Shown here: in pieces, positions 14,101-27,640 of the stretch
Numbering within the stretch: position 1 is the first letter of the stretch
Layout: every line of letters starts with the position of its first letter
Source of the DNA: Ylistrum balloti
Taxonomy: Eukaryota
Reading direction: 5' to 3'
Length of the DNA: 64,000 bases
Assembly (NCBI RefSeq): GCF_031769215.1
Contig: NW_026782059.1
Location: 248,001-312,000, forward strand
Translations under genes and position numbers: made by a program
Notes under the pieces: generated by a model
Seen by the model: only the letters and a program-made list of their open reading frames with translations
Databases searched by the model: none
What the model was told of the DNA's origin: nothing

Positions 14101-17100
14101 ACCGCCCCACCCGCATAATGAAGCCGAGACCAAGCGATGCTTCAGACTAAATTTGTGCAAAATCCAAGGATTGAAAAAATGTCTCCTTTTGGGCCCATCC
14201 CTCGTGTTCCTGGGGGCCGAGACCCAATATTTACACAACTTGTGTTTCCTTTTCCTAAATGATGCTTCTGACACAAATTTGGTATGGTTTATGACAAGAA
14301 ACGTTTTGTATGGAAAATGTTGACAGAAGACGGTAGACGGAAACGGACGACGGACTTGGCGGTATGTCCTTCGAACCAGATGAGCTAATAAGAAAAGAAA
14401 TATTTACTCCTTAAAAAGTTCAAAAGAAAAAGACCATCTGCTTCATCGACCATGCTACTATTTAAATTCTGGTCAATCCAAGTAGATTATGTCACATTCC
14501 CAAATGAGAACACAGTAGACAATAAATAAAAACCCTCCAAAATATAGTCGTTTATGTACCCATAGTTGTCGTATGATCAGGACAATAATTACGATTTATT
14601 AAATAACTATATATCAATTTCCTTATTGGTTTTCATTTTTCAAATACATATTTAAGATTAATCATCATTTTAGTAAGCATGAACATGGATTCGTGAAAGT
14701 TCTTGAGAAAATGTTTCTGTACTTACAACCATTAACGTCTAAGATCCTCCCCCATCCTGTAATGATACATTTTGCTCCAGCAAAGTCGTCGTCGCTCTTG
14801 GGAATTGCAATTGTTTTGGCCAGGCGATGTGATGGTCCTGCTATATCTCTATCAAACTTAAGGATCGCTATGTCGTTGCGAAATTTCTTGAAATGTGGAT
14901 GCTGTCAACCATACAAACAGTTGAAAGAATAAAAAAAAAACAACTGTAGCACCTTTTAATGCAGATTTAGACACAAATTTACAATAGGGTTAAAGAATGA
15001 ATTAGACCTCATCCCACTTTTGTTTCGTCCTTAAAGGACTCATCAGTGATGCTAACAGCCTACATTTTGAATTCTGATAGGCGACTGAAGAAGTTGGTAT
15101 GCTAGAATGTTGGCCTTTCCAATCTAAGGTGAATATCCGAGGTGCGCATTTCGACACTCCCTACCAATAACGGGTTCTTTACCTTAAGAAGTTTAGAAAG
15201 GGAATGGTCTGTCTAATTGTTCTGGACGACATATGGCGTACCTACAAGAAGACTCAAAATGACCCTGGCCTTTCACGGGGCGTTAAACATCGCAAACAAA
15301 CTATGTAGTTTTCTCGAACCTATTTGAATTAGTTGTTTAATCTGAATTCCTCCTTACACATGTCTACCGACGGTCAAAAACATGAGGAACGGATTAGAGT
15401 ATGATCGTGCTTGTTTCCGTGATTACTTGACATCTCCGAAGGTTTCTGTGGCAGATACTATTTGATAATTTTGGAAAGTTTCTGTGCTAAATAATATTTG
15501 ATCCAGTCGGAAGGTTTCTGTGCCAGATACTATTTGATCCTTATGTAATAGATTTTCACTGTATTAAAGACCACCAGTCCACTGGCTGATGTTATAGCGA
15601 CCAACTTCCATATTAACCACGTGCCAAGTTACAAGGTAGCCCTCTAATACAGGGTTGGATTACTTTAATACAATGATGTCAGAAGTATTGGTCAGGAATG
15701 GAAAATATCTCAAGTAGTTTTCCTCATAGTGTTGTGGTTTCATTTTCGGTTTTATCGCATTGTCAATACAAGGTACAACACATAAAGGCATTGAGCGATA
15801 GAAATGATATCGGACTGATTTCCGATCATGTATGAAATATTTTACTTTCAGCAATGTGAATATTAGTTTTTAGGTGATATTGTAACGTTTCTCCCATGAC
15901 TTTCTATTTCTCACCCTGACTTGAATTAAGCCATGTACTCGATTCTTCCCAGGTTACGGCCAATTTTCAACAACCTCCTCTAAAACACTTCTTATAAAGT
16001 TGACTTTTCCACAGGTTGATGAAAGGTTGAGAAATATTCTATTTCAGTGTGCGATACGAATGTGTTTGGGGCTCGTTAGGTTGCTTATTGATTCCGTTGT
16101 TGTATACCTTTTTCTCGTTTGGAAATGTGCCATTATTTACTTGGATTGACCATGATTTACATGGCTGGTGCCTTGGATGAAGCAGACGACGCTTACGCTT
16201 TCTGTTCTGGAACACCTGGTCTCATTCATCTTGTGCATTTTTATGACCATAAGAGAAAATCTTTCTTTTGTTAATATATTGCCCTAGTTTATTGAGTTGG
16301 AGTTGAATTATGATTATGTGGACTTGTTGGTAATTTCTCTGCATCCCTGGAACATTTCATTACAAAACTGTACATTACATGTTCGACACCTTGTGGATAG
16401 GATGAGAAGACTATTCTGGTCCTTTATTGTACATCAAACAAATCTCGGGGTGGCATAACGGCACGTCATGTATTGCCTTTGAAGTAGAGTGTCGCACCTT
16501 TGCAATCTTCAATAGATAAATATCAGTCTGTGATTGGTCAGTTTATTCTTACTGAAACCCAGTTTAGATAACCAATCAAATAATTCGCTTGTGCCTTCAA
16601 TTTTGCCAGGAAATGTCCCAGGGATGTAGAAAGCGAAAATGATCATAACCCTTGAATTATAGAAGAAGCCCCTGGAGTATCGAAAATGCCCCTGGATTAA
16701 CGAGGATGATATCGCCATTGCAGCAGTGATAAATAAAATGTAGTGTGGGAAGGGGAGTGGTGCTAAGTATAGCAACTTCTCTTTCACTATGAATCAGAAA
16801 AGCTCCTGTACAATCCAGTAGGAACTACGCTTTCGTTAGCATGTCTGCATTTTTTCCTGTGTCATCTTTTTCAACAAGAGGTCGTGATAGCTGAATAACT
16901 CTTCTCATACAGTTTACACAAGTGTCACCTTTTCTTGTTTCCTTTTTTCTATCTTAATGTATAATTGATATCACTTTGCATTATTGAAATGTAAATAAAA
17001 CAAAGATTGTATAAAAGACACACAAGTGAATGACACCTTTTCATAATTAGAGTGAGATACAGTAGAGTCAAACAATGAATTAAACTGCATCTTATTGCTC

Positions 17101-20100
17101 GTCAGTGATGCTAAGGGCCTAAATTTGTTTGTCTGAAGGTAAGAAAAGATTAACTGTTTTTGTATCAAATGCTTCCATTAAATCAGCTACGTTCTCATAG
17201 GAACAAACTTTGCGCCTGCCTCTCTTGTCTGTTGTTCAACATGCGGCATTTAAATATGTTGTGAAATGTAATGACTATACTTACGGTAATGATCTTTCTT
17301 ACTGCAACAACAGTCCCCTTATGTCCTGAAAGCTTTGTTGAACCAACTTTGAGAGTAAATGACCTAAAAATAATTTTATAGGAATAAGTACGCAACACTG
17401 ATGACAATAAAAGTGAAAATTAAACCGAATGCATATATTGAAATGAACAACAAATGTACATTATATCTGAACGGAATCAATATTTATGACTTCAAGCAAT
17501 GAAAGACTGATTTACGCTCCATATTTCAGTCATTCTGAATTTCTGCTTGGATGTTTGGGGGACTAATTTGTTAAAGCTTAAATGTAAAATAGATTTAGCA
17601 CGAATTGAAGTCTACGACCTTTGTGTTTATTGTCAACCGTTTTGTTGATCAATTAGGACGAACGTCCTGTATCAATTTTTATTTAAGTTGGTACTTTACT
17701 TGACATTAAGCACTTTATTTCACTTCAATGCAGTTGACCCATTTCGATAACAATACAGGAAAACAGACTCCGTACTGTCAGTATGCATGACATGGTATGA
17801 CATTTGTGAAAAATAATATGAAATTATTATCCGATTTCTAGGCATGCTTCATTTAAGCATTGAAGAATAAGCCGCCTTCAAAATCGGAATATGTTGATTT
17901 CATAAATATTGGATCAGACCGAGAAAAACAAATCTAACCTGAAAACAAACAATCAAACAAGAGGTTGTTATATATATGGTAATAGGTCCATAATACGTAT
18001 ATTAAAAATACCAAACGACCAATGCAAGTAATCATCGATGAGACTGAAGGGTTACAACATATAAGGTGTATCTAGAAATTAATTGAACATATTGTTTAAA
18101 TCAGAGTTCATTGTTTTCAAAGTTTTGCCCGTTGAGTCCGTTGCTGTATATTTCCCCCCTCTTTTGATAAGCTGACATGGATTGACCAATATTTACATGG
18201 TGGGTGTCGTCGAAAAAAACGCTCACTCTTGTTTACCAGTGGTTAGTAAAACTGAAATAATTTCTATTTAAAAGTCAATTCGTTAAATGCGGAATTAAAA
18301 TCGAAAAAAAAATCCAAACATGCCACAACACGTCTACAGCTATAAAATGATTTAATGATTCAAATTTGGATTAAATCGTGTTTGAAAAATTTCACTAACC
18401 ACTGACAATCTTAAGCCAGATTTTGAACAACCAAGCACAGGTTTATTCTCCTTGTACTTTTTTCAAGAGCTCCGTGTAGATATTCCTTTTGTTTTGCCCT
18501 AGTTTTATTGAATTAACGTTTTGGATTATGATTCAGTTGACATGTTGGTATTCTATTGTTTTTAAACCGCGGGCGATCACAAGATAAGCCAGATTTGCTT
18601 AATGCGTTTTTGCTGATGCGATGAAGTATCACATATATCTCGCAAAACTTTGTATATCCATGGTGTCAACCAACGTTTAAAAAGATGCCGTTTTACCAAT
18701 GATTAATTGTCCTCTATATGTTCATGAGGTGATACTCTTTGTATATATAATTATCAAATAAAAAAAAACAGTGAAAAATGTTTTACCGTGATCTGCCTTT
18801 AACACAATGAGCGGCAGTGACTGCTGTTCTTGTCGCAATAACGGCTGCGCCACATACATGATGAGAGAAAATCCGAAGTGACGCTTGCCAAGGAAATTCA
18901 CTGATGTCCGCATCTTCTCCGTTGATGATTCTTGAACTCTTCCTTTTCGCCATAGACTTAAAAGAATAGCCATAAATTAATCAACTTATAAGGACATGAA
19001 TGATATACAAGACACACAAGTGTTAAGCACATTTTAATACAACTTTATAGCTAGATAGTAAAGATAAACGGTGGTTTAAACTGCGTCATACAGCTGTTTC
19101 GTCCTTCTAGTACTCGTCAGTGATGCTAGTCTAGAAGGCAACTGATTGCGATTGAAAGAAAAGTCAAAATCTAGTCAGGGATATGTTCTTGCCCTATATT
19201 TCAATAACCTTCATAATTTTCATGTATACGATAATTTTACACTTAACCGTGCCACTATTCGAATGAATGAAAACGTGGCAAGCAGTTTACGGCAAACCCC
19301 AGTGACTTTAAGTTCACTAGCAATTTCTACCGTCTACATCATGAAAGATACTTAAAAAATTACGAACCCACCATTTTCATATAGATAACAATATTAACAC
19401 ACTGTGTTCCAATCTGATTTACATGTAGTTTTATATTTTTGAAAACGTTACTCTTTCTTGAAGAAAATTTATTCGTCTAAGAGAATTGGAAGGACTTTTC
19501 TAATCCTTCAAATATAACGGTAAGTGCCATAGAAGAGACCTATTCCCAACATGAATTCAAAATGCACCAAAAATAACATTTTCTTTCAATGTTTGCATGA
19601 AATTACAGTGTAGGATTTCGTAAAAAAAATAATTTGTGAAATTTTCTGAATGAAATTAACATAAAAGTTTCTGTATATCATATTCAAAATTTATTGAAAA
19701 TTAAATAGTCATAACATGATATTAAATGAATAATATCCAAGTTAAAGATTTAGTTTTAAAGAACTTGGAAATAAAATATCTATAGAAAATGTGTCAAGGG
19801 ACTCATTATGCTACAACTGTTTGCCGATCTGAACAAAACAACAATCAATAAGTACTAGATAAAATATTTGTGTTGGAAAACGTCATAAGATACGTAGTTT
19901 CTAGTCCTTATAAAAGATTTCCAAAACAATTTTAACTTTATCGATATCTACGAAAAAATGCAATTTACCATCTTGTTCTTAATCAAGTGTTGACTTCGAT
20001 GGCCAAAAGTTGGATACTTGTCACAAGCTGCAAAATTAATTTGAAGGCTTTTTTTATAATTGTTACAATTGTAATATCGAAATCTAGTCACTATCAGGTA

Positions 20101-20700
20101 TAAATTAAATATATACAGACAGTAGTGATTATTCATTTAAATTATTTAATTAATCAATCAATTCATTCGTTCATTAAATGACACAGTAATTACTTTCAAC
20201 ATTTTATCTAACATTTTGTATTTCTACAATTTACTTAAACTGTTCTTTCCAACTTCCTTAAACGCTCACATTAAGATCAAAATTGGTATCCAGCTCGATT
20301 ATAAAGCAGAAATTGAAGACTTCAGAAATTCTACAGATAATCATTTTATCTCTAATTTCATTTATCTATACATTAGATGTGGTCCATTCCAAGCCACACA
20401 TAATGAAGCCTAAGATTCGCTGACACGGTTTCTCAGTAGAGACACGTGCCAATGCTACTTAACTTTCATCACATGCTTTGTGATCCAACCGATAGGTTGT
20501 GTGATTTCGCATATGTAAGAAATACACAATAAGGTTGTTTTTCTCAATAATCAAACATGTAAAATTAAATCAGAATTGCGGCTAGGCTGTTTTAAGAAGA
20601 CTTGCATAAGAAAATTGTTGTACGACAACGACCAAGGTGATGCTTGAATACAACACTTACCCACAAAAGCAATTAAGCACATCGCAATAATGTACTTCAT
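11168..20700 (-). CDS. Secreted chymotrypsin/elastase-like S1 serine protease, 7 coding exons, 267 aa
   Basis: Exons 20700-20661 ([13 protein letters not shown] signal), 20027-19969, 18956-18787 (SSR|IINGED...CG...VTAAHC), 17363-17285, 14901-14727 ([16 protein letters not shown]), 13107-12971 (..GACF), 11311-11168 (GDSGGAL..GVTSFG..PSVYTRI..WI stop). All introns are GT-AG with compatible phases (804 nt). The His/Asp/Ser triad is intact. Confidence 0.92.
11383..12105. repeat. 26-bp minisatellite, about 28 copies
   Basis: Unit GCTAGCAGAAGGTGAAGGACGGTAA(A/C), nearly invariant, in the last intron of the protease gene. Confidence 0.95.
13152..14390. mobile_element. Non-autonomous Helentron/HINE (Pearl/DINE-like) mollusc element with internal degenerate subrepeats
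   Basis: Starts AACAAGAGGCCCATG, has several degenerate internal subrepeats (GGGGCC..ACCCA..TTCAGACCAAATT), a GACG/GGAC microsatellite near the end, and ends TGAGCTAA. This matches from memory the layout of abundant bivalve non-autonomous elements. Confidence 0.55.
15010..15054 (-). ncRNA. Minimal type I hammerhead ribozyme motif, decayed at the cleavage site
   Basis: Minus strand: UAGCAUCA CUGAUGA GUCC uuuaa GGAC GAAAC aaaa GUG GGAUG. Core and stem II are perfect, but the triplet is GUG instead of GUH. Confidence 0.7.
15085..15300 (+). mobile_element. Degenerate tRNA-derived SINE
   Basis: tRNA-like head (GGTATGCTAGAATGTTGGCC...TTTCGACACTCC) and a tail ending ATGACCCTGGC..GGCGTTAAACATCGCAAACAAAC. 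Confidence 0.4.
18237..18404. mobile_element. 168-bp MITE with 15-bp terminal inverted repeats
   Basis: Left end CAGTGGTTAGTAAAA; right end TTTCACTAACCACTG (1 mismatch). AC flanks both ends, a possible 2-bp target site duplication. Confidence 0.6.
19083..19126 (-). ncRNA. Minimal type I hammerhead ribozyme with intact catalytic core
   Basis: Minus strand: GCAUCA CUGACGA GUAC uagaa GGAC GAAAC agcu GUA UGACGC. All conserved core nucleotides are present. Stem I pairs 5/6, stem II 3/4, and stem III is the palindrome ACAGCUGU. Confidence 0.8.
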
Positions 20701-21564
20701 TTCGGCTGTATGCCTGTTGACTAGATTGTTCAACAGGTGGCAAAAAGCGTTCCTAACTAACGTGCAAGCCCTCTTCCGGCGATGTAACTCAACCTACGAA
20801 TTAGTGGTAATTGGAGGATTAAGTAGAGTAGAGGACAGAGTTAATTTCATGGCGGGTAAACATTCTTAATAACGATTATATTTTTAAAATAAAAACTCCT
20901 TTCGTTAAGATATAAACAGAAATGCCTTGTCTTTCTTATCAACCTGTTTTTGTTAAATGTTGAAGTAATGGAATTCAACAGAGCTTATTGTAATAGTCAA
21001 AGACTACAGAAATGCGACAGAGCTGTATTATAATGACTAAAGTCTAATAAAATAAGCCAGAACTGTGTTTTAGAGGCATTGACTCTCACGTTAAACACTT
21101 TACCAAGAGTCATATGGTGCTGATACATATTAAATTAGTACTTATCGCATCTGTCTCCATTACATTTAACTCGCATGACTGCGTGTTTTCCTATAAGTTC
21201 AGTTCAATATACACAGCTGATCACGAAAGACTTTATAACATTTCCTTTAACTAGAAAATGTTCGTAAGACATGCAACTTCAACATCCCCACTCCCTTGCA
21301 TACAATATGTATATTTGGAGAGGTTCTGGAGACACGTTTTATTGACATTGAACGGACGGACGGACAGGGGTAACACTATCACACCATATAACCCCTCCCC
21401 TGTAAACTCCTGAAAGTACAATTATCTTGTTATCTTCGTTCAGAGTGAAAAGTTATGTTCTTTCATGATCTGCATGTATTTGTACAAAAAATAACAGTAA
21501 TTTGAATACAAACCTTACATAGTGTGTACAATGATATCACATTTCACAGAATAACACAATTTTT

Positions 21565-22210
21565 GTATACAGACATAATACAATTTTATACAGTGATAAC
21601 ACAATTTTATACAGTGATAACACAATTAATACAGTGATAACACAATTTTATACAGTGATAACACAATTTTATACAGTGATAACACAATTTATACAGTGAT
21701 AACACAATTTTATACAGTGATAACACAATTAATACAGTGATAACACAATTTTATACAGTGATAACACAATTTATACAGTGATAACACAATTTTATACAGT
21801 GATAACACAATTAATACAGTGATAACACAATTTTATACAGTGATAACACAATTTACAGTATACAGTGATAACACAATTTATACAGTGATAACACAATTTT
21901 ATACAGTGATAACACAATTTATACAGTGATACAGTGATAACACAATTTTATACAATTAATACAGTGATAACACAATTTTATACAGTGATAACACAATTTA
22001 TACAGTGATAACACAATTTTATACAGTGATAACACAATTAATACAGTGATAACACAATTTTATACAGTGATAACACAATTTTATACAGTGATAACACAAT
22101 TTATACAGTGATAACACAATTTTATACAGTGATAACACAATTAATACAGTGATAACACAATTTTATACAGTGATAACACAATTTTATACAGTGATAACAC
22201 AATTAATACA
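21565..22210. repeat. 20-21-bp minisatellite, about 30 copies
   Basis: Unit ATACAGTGATAACACAATTT(T), with an AATTA variant recurring periodically. Confidence 0.95.
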
Positions 22211-25200
22211 ATAGAGAACAGTTGCTTTCATATAAAAGTAGTCTTTAAATTGAGATTTGATTACTTTTTAATCGCTTATATAGGAAACTTAAACAAAGTG
22301 GTTTGTAAACATGTATCTGTTGTATCGAACTGGTGATTATTTCGATCAGATCGCTTAGACGGTACCAGCACTTATAACTATTTAATTAAAAACAGAATAG
22401 AAAGTTTGCTTACATCCGCGTATCATGATTATACATCTTATCTGTACCGTAAAACAAACGCTAATAAAGATTGAAATCTAAATGTAAGCTAAAAGTCTTC
22501 GTATAAATTTTAAAATTTAGCTGGAAAAGATGGGAAAAAATCAGGTTTATTGAATAAAATATGTAGGAGCTGCTGAAAATATGCAAAGATATGGTACATT
22601 AAATAATCAAATATCTATGACCAAAAAAAACTTACATCAAAGCATTAAAGGGTTGTGCAACAGACACAATATTAACACCTTCCTACGCTATTTATAATAC
22701 GGTATAGAAGTGGCTACTAATAAACTTAACTCTGAATGTTTCCTTCTGCTAGGGCGAGCTAGTAATAATAAAAGCCGAAATTGTTGATACAAAAAATCAA
22801 CAGAAAAATAACTCAAAATAGGTTGTCAAAATCTTCATAGGGAATTGTGCGAGTCCCTTGATTCAATAACATGCATTATCACCTATTTCGGAAGATTCCA
22901 AGAGAACGAATACCGGCATACACTGTATAGTGTTAAGGAATGCAAAGCTTGCATCCCAGAAATATAACTATATATTACAATTTTCTCAGTCTGTAATATT
23001 ATCGAGTATAAACGTACCTTTGGGTTCAGAGGCTGTCACACTGTTACTAATGAACGACATACGTGTTATATACCACCCTTTAAATGGCTGTTTCGCTCCT
23101 CTTACTTCACCATATGTCACTCACATTAGTAGGTGTTATTTAATTAGTACATATCATATCGATTTTAATATTATAAGTTTACATAGTAACGATGTTCAGT
23201 GAGATGTCTTAGTTTGTTTACGTTCGCTTGAAGGTAGATAAATTTATTTAAGTCGTCAGTTAAGATGATATATTGTGTATGTGTATCTGATTTACGGATT
23301 GTTCAGCAGTATTGCACTGTTACATGAATATGCTGTATATGAAATGTTTACTCTCCGATGAATATTTTTATAGATTTACATAAAAAAAACTATAAAAAAA
23401 TATTCATCGGAAAGTAAACATGCATATACTGAAAGTGATACATATATAATATTACACTGCCATAGCTTTGGCAACGCAGCGTGTTACCTAGAAACCTGTC
23501 ACATTTACATCACAACTGTTGCTACCCAGTGCGTGTGCTTACAAGATAACTTGGTAGAATCCCCTGGTTGATCACAATCAGCATCTTGTTGGTCGGTGCA
23601 TTCTATTATCTTTTAAGACATTATGTTATATGTATACTTGAGTTTCCGTTTGGATGTCGTCTGGTTTTGGTTCTCATTTGAGGTCCTTGTAGTTTGAAAA
23701 GACCGTCGTAGTGACCAAACCGAATCTGCAACACTCCTAGCAACTTGTGAAGTTTATGTTTGTTTCTCAAGTCTCACTTAATGATGCGTGCCTTGATTTT
23801 GTCTGATGCTAAGCCTCCTCTCGAGTGGTTCCTGTCAATAAGCAGTAGGGCAACACTGTGTACCGGCAGTCACTGTCGCTCGAATCGCGATCGCGAGGAG
23901 TGTTTACAACTGCTTGTAATCATTTTAATCTTGTTCTTAAACCGTTCCGTTGATCGTTCTGCATTTCACAGGAGTGATAAGGTTCGTTTTTATACCTTGA
24001 CGTACCAAAGTCCCAATAAGTTTGATCCTCGATTTATTTAATTCAGTATTGACTAATCGTACAGTCACATGTCTTAGTCTCGACTGGAAGAGATGTCGTG
24101 CATGTACATTTAAACGACTCTTTGACTTTTCTTTTTCTTTCAAAAGCCAAACAATGCTGTTTCCGTTTATAACTTTCCATATACAGATTACGGCACATAT
24201 CTGGAGCATGATACCTTTGTAATAGGAAAAAGTAATAAAGCAACCCGATTGGGTTCGGACTAGGGACTAGCGGTCTCTAGCCGGACATTCTACCGCTCGA
24301 GTAAAGTGAAATTCCCACTAACCAAAGGCAGTAATGCGATGTGTGCTCTCAACTTCTATGCCTTGTTGATATGTCCTAAAGACACTCCTTAATTGCCTGT
24401 CGCAGTAAAACAGTATACAATTACAACACACATCGTTTCGATTGAATCGAGTTGGCGAATCTCACAGGGAAGTATTTGAGTTGGACGTGAACGACGTTTG
24501 TTAGAATGCTTCGTTGCTCCGTTGTAGACCTTGTTCTCATTTATGAACATGACATTCCTTACAAGGTGGCGGATGCCGTCGATGAAGCTGAAGACATTTG
24601 TAATATGTTCACAAAACGTTTTTTTTTATTCTCTTTCTACTTTTTTCAATAATTTCCGCATGTTCTGATTTGTTACAGTTTTATTGATTTCTGAATGTTC
24701 TTTGTTGTTTTGTAAGAGTTGTTTCCCTTAATACTGTGTTCCAAGGGTTTTTTGCTTCTTATAATAGAAACCTTCTTAGTTGCGTTAACATTGTTCGTGT
24801 TGTCATCAGTATTGTATGTTGATATATTTGTCTTTGCATATGCTAGTGTGTATTTGTATCGCTCCAAATGTGTTTTAATTTAGAATCGATCGTAAATCGA
24901 TCACTAACGACTGCTCCAGGGAGCAGTTATTATGTCGATTGAACACAACAGTGAGTCTATAATAACGATGTGCATGGTATCGTAAGCGGTAGCATCACTA
25001 AAATTTCTTTAAAAAGTGAAGCAAAAATCTCAGAGACATGTGACTACTGAAATTGGAGTATGCTTTTAAAATGACACTAAATATTCTTCAAACATTATAT
25101 GTAAACCGGAAGCGGCTTTAACGCCATACTTGTTTTTCAGCGGGCGAAAGGTGACTGCTGACTTCATACCGGAGATTGAGCTGTAACATCATCTTCTATA

Positions 25201-27556
25201 TATAGCACCCATTTAAAAAGTATACAACACACACATAAATGTTTCTCCTGTTTAAAATATGGTGTAACATTATACTGCTGTCACAACAGACACACAGAAA
25301 TTGAAATGAAAGGTAACCTTCGGTTTCGCTGGCATCGTGCTTTTTAGCATAGACTGAACCAACATCAAGTGAAATGTTAAATGCTATACAGTGAAGTTGA
25401 CAATTTCATTTGTTACAAAATGTTTGTATGTGACGCATAGGTATGTGTATTCTAGTTGGTTGAAACATTCGAATGCTATTATTTAGCTTTATTTTCATGA
25501 GATGTCGATGGCCCGATGAAGGACATCTAGAAAAAAAACAGATTCTTTAATTTCATTGTCATTGAGCATTCAGCGTGTGGCTGATCAGTTCAAACTAATG
25601 CACATGTACTACCATGGGTCAATCTAGAATTTTGGGAATACTATCCATCAAGGAAAAGAGGAATCTTTGGCCTATGTTCAGAAATGGAAAATATCGGACC
25701 ATAATTTTGGTCTTGATTCAAAAGAGAGCTATGATCAAAGTATATGACATACTTGCAGATTACATGAATGAAATGGAACATTGTTGAGGTTAGGACAATA
25801 TTTCTTTTTCATGATGGCATGATTTAAAAATAAACTAGAGTGAAGGTACAAAATTTTGCACACTTTTGGTTGGTATTTAAATTCGTTTCTAATATATCTG
25901 TTTTAAAATGAGACGGATTGTCTTACATGGTTAGATGTAGAAATCCTCCATAATATGTAAGTACGTAAACTGGTATGTGCATGCACACTACTGTGCATGG
26001 GTTATTAACTAGTGCTTTCTTCCTGGTTTGAATACGAGCGGAAATGTAATTTCGCACACTCACCTGGCCTCCTTATTTTTGTAGTAAAGCGTGGTTTTCA
26101 AATGTCTTGTATATAAAATAAATCCTAACTTAGATAAAGCCCGAAAGAATGCTTTTAAAGATGTTCAAAAGTTGATATATTTCATGGAATTGATAAATGA
26201 CAAATTACCTCCAATGTACCTCCTAATACTGAATTGAAAATTCATTTAATATATATACTTGTCTTATTTTAGCATTTAGTAAAGTTGAAAGCTTATTGAC
26301 CCATATTCATCAATAATAACTGATACCTGCCAAAGTAAATGTAAATGAGGTGACAAGTTGTGGGGCCTTGCTGTTATAAGCTGTATTTAATCGATTTTAA
26401 AATAATTTTAATTATAATCTCATAAAACAATATTTTCTCTTGATATATGGAAATGCGTAATCAAATCGGTCTCTGGGATTATTATTGATTAGGTATTTAA
26501 TAACCCGATGTAAATAAACAAAAAAAAGCATAATCTATGAATAGTTGATTGAAACAGATCACCAAGTATGCGAATTTATGTATTGTGCAAAATGACATAC
26601 ACTTACTCTATGTAAAATATAGTAATAAGCTCTGTTATGGGAGAAATAAATTTACACATGTTTTCAGTAAATTTTCTTGATGGGTAATTTGTTTATATTC
26701 AGAGGGGAAAACATGTCACTTGGGGAATGCTACCATTTTCTGGTAGTGAAATTAGTTTAAATTATCTTATTCTGGCAACAGGTATGAAAATGAAACACAA
26801 ACTTTATCACCCTACACACAATCCATTAGTTAGCATAGTGAGAGGGAAATCAACATATTTCCCATGCTGGTTAACTATTTAGTAATTTCTTTTCATGTTT
26901 CTTATTGAAAGATTTTGATAAATTTGATATAATTCTGACCCTGAATAGAACTATATGTATGTCAATGTTTGAAGGGTCTAGTGACGTGCTCATTTGAAGA
27001 GCATAACTGAGAATTCTACATAGATTTGACATTATAATCAAAAATGTTTACACAATAATTTTATCTGGCCAACCCATGTCCAACTTTACTAAGTCTTCTA
27101 TAAAAATGTGTACAATAATTTTTATTTTTTTAATCTAAATCTCCCTCACTCAATCTTTTTTATAAATATCAACAGGGAACTTGGTACTTTATATGTTGAT
27201 GACTTTATTGAGTGAATCCAAAGATATAGTATGAAGACAGATGCTTCACTGTGATTTATGCTATTTGAATAAAAAGCACATGCATTCAAAGTGGTCAATC
27301 ATGCTTATAGCAAAATCACCACATGTAACCGATGACTTGGTCATTTTTTTTATATGAAACTGAAGCTTTATTTATATAATGTATACAATATTTGTATCCA
27401 CCAGCCTTCTTTGTAGATATAGAGAAGACTTTTAAGTTTAATAAATCAGAAATATATGGGATCTTGATATCAACAGAAGTTATGGAATTAGGATAATTTT
27501 TCAACCAAATGAAAATAAAACTGGCAGCCATTACTATTGTTTTGATGTTGTTTCAG

Positions 27557-27640
27557 ATACAGTGGCTATGACTCAATTGCTATCCCCAATTTGTCCACAC
27601 CAGGACAGGATGATACTGTGTGTATGTGGATCTAAATAAG
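27557..27640 (+). other. Probable non-coding 5' UTR exon of the Roco gene containing a uORF
   Basis: TTTCAG acceptor and AAG|GTAAGT donor. The frame continuous with the main ORF has stops. An ATG opens a 23-codon uORF that ends inside the exon. Confidence 0.5.

Noticed and set aside
23760-24243. Overlapping short ORFs, possibly a retroelement N-terminus
   Set aside because: No diagnostic motif, and stops interrupt the most plausible frame.
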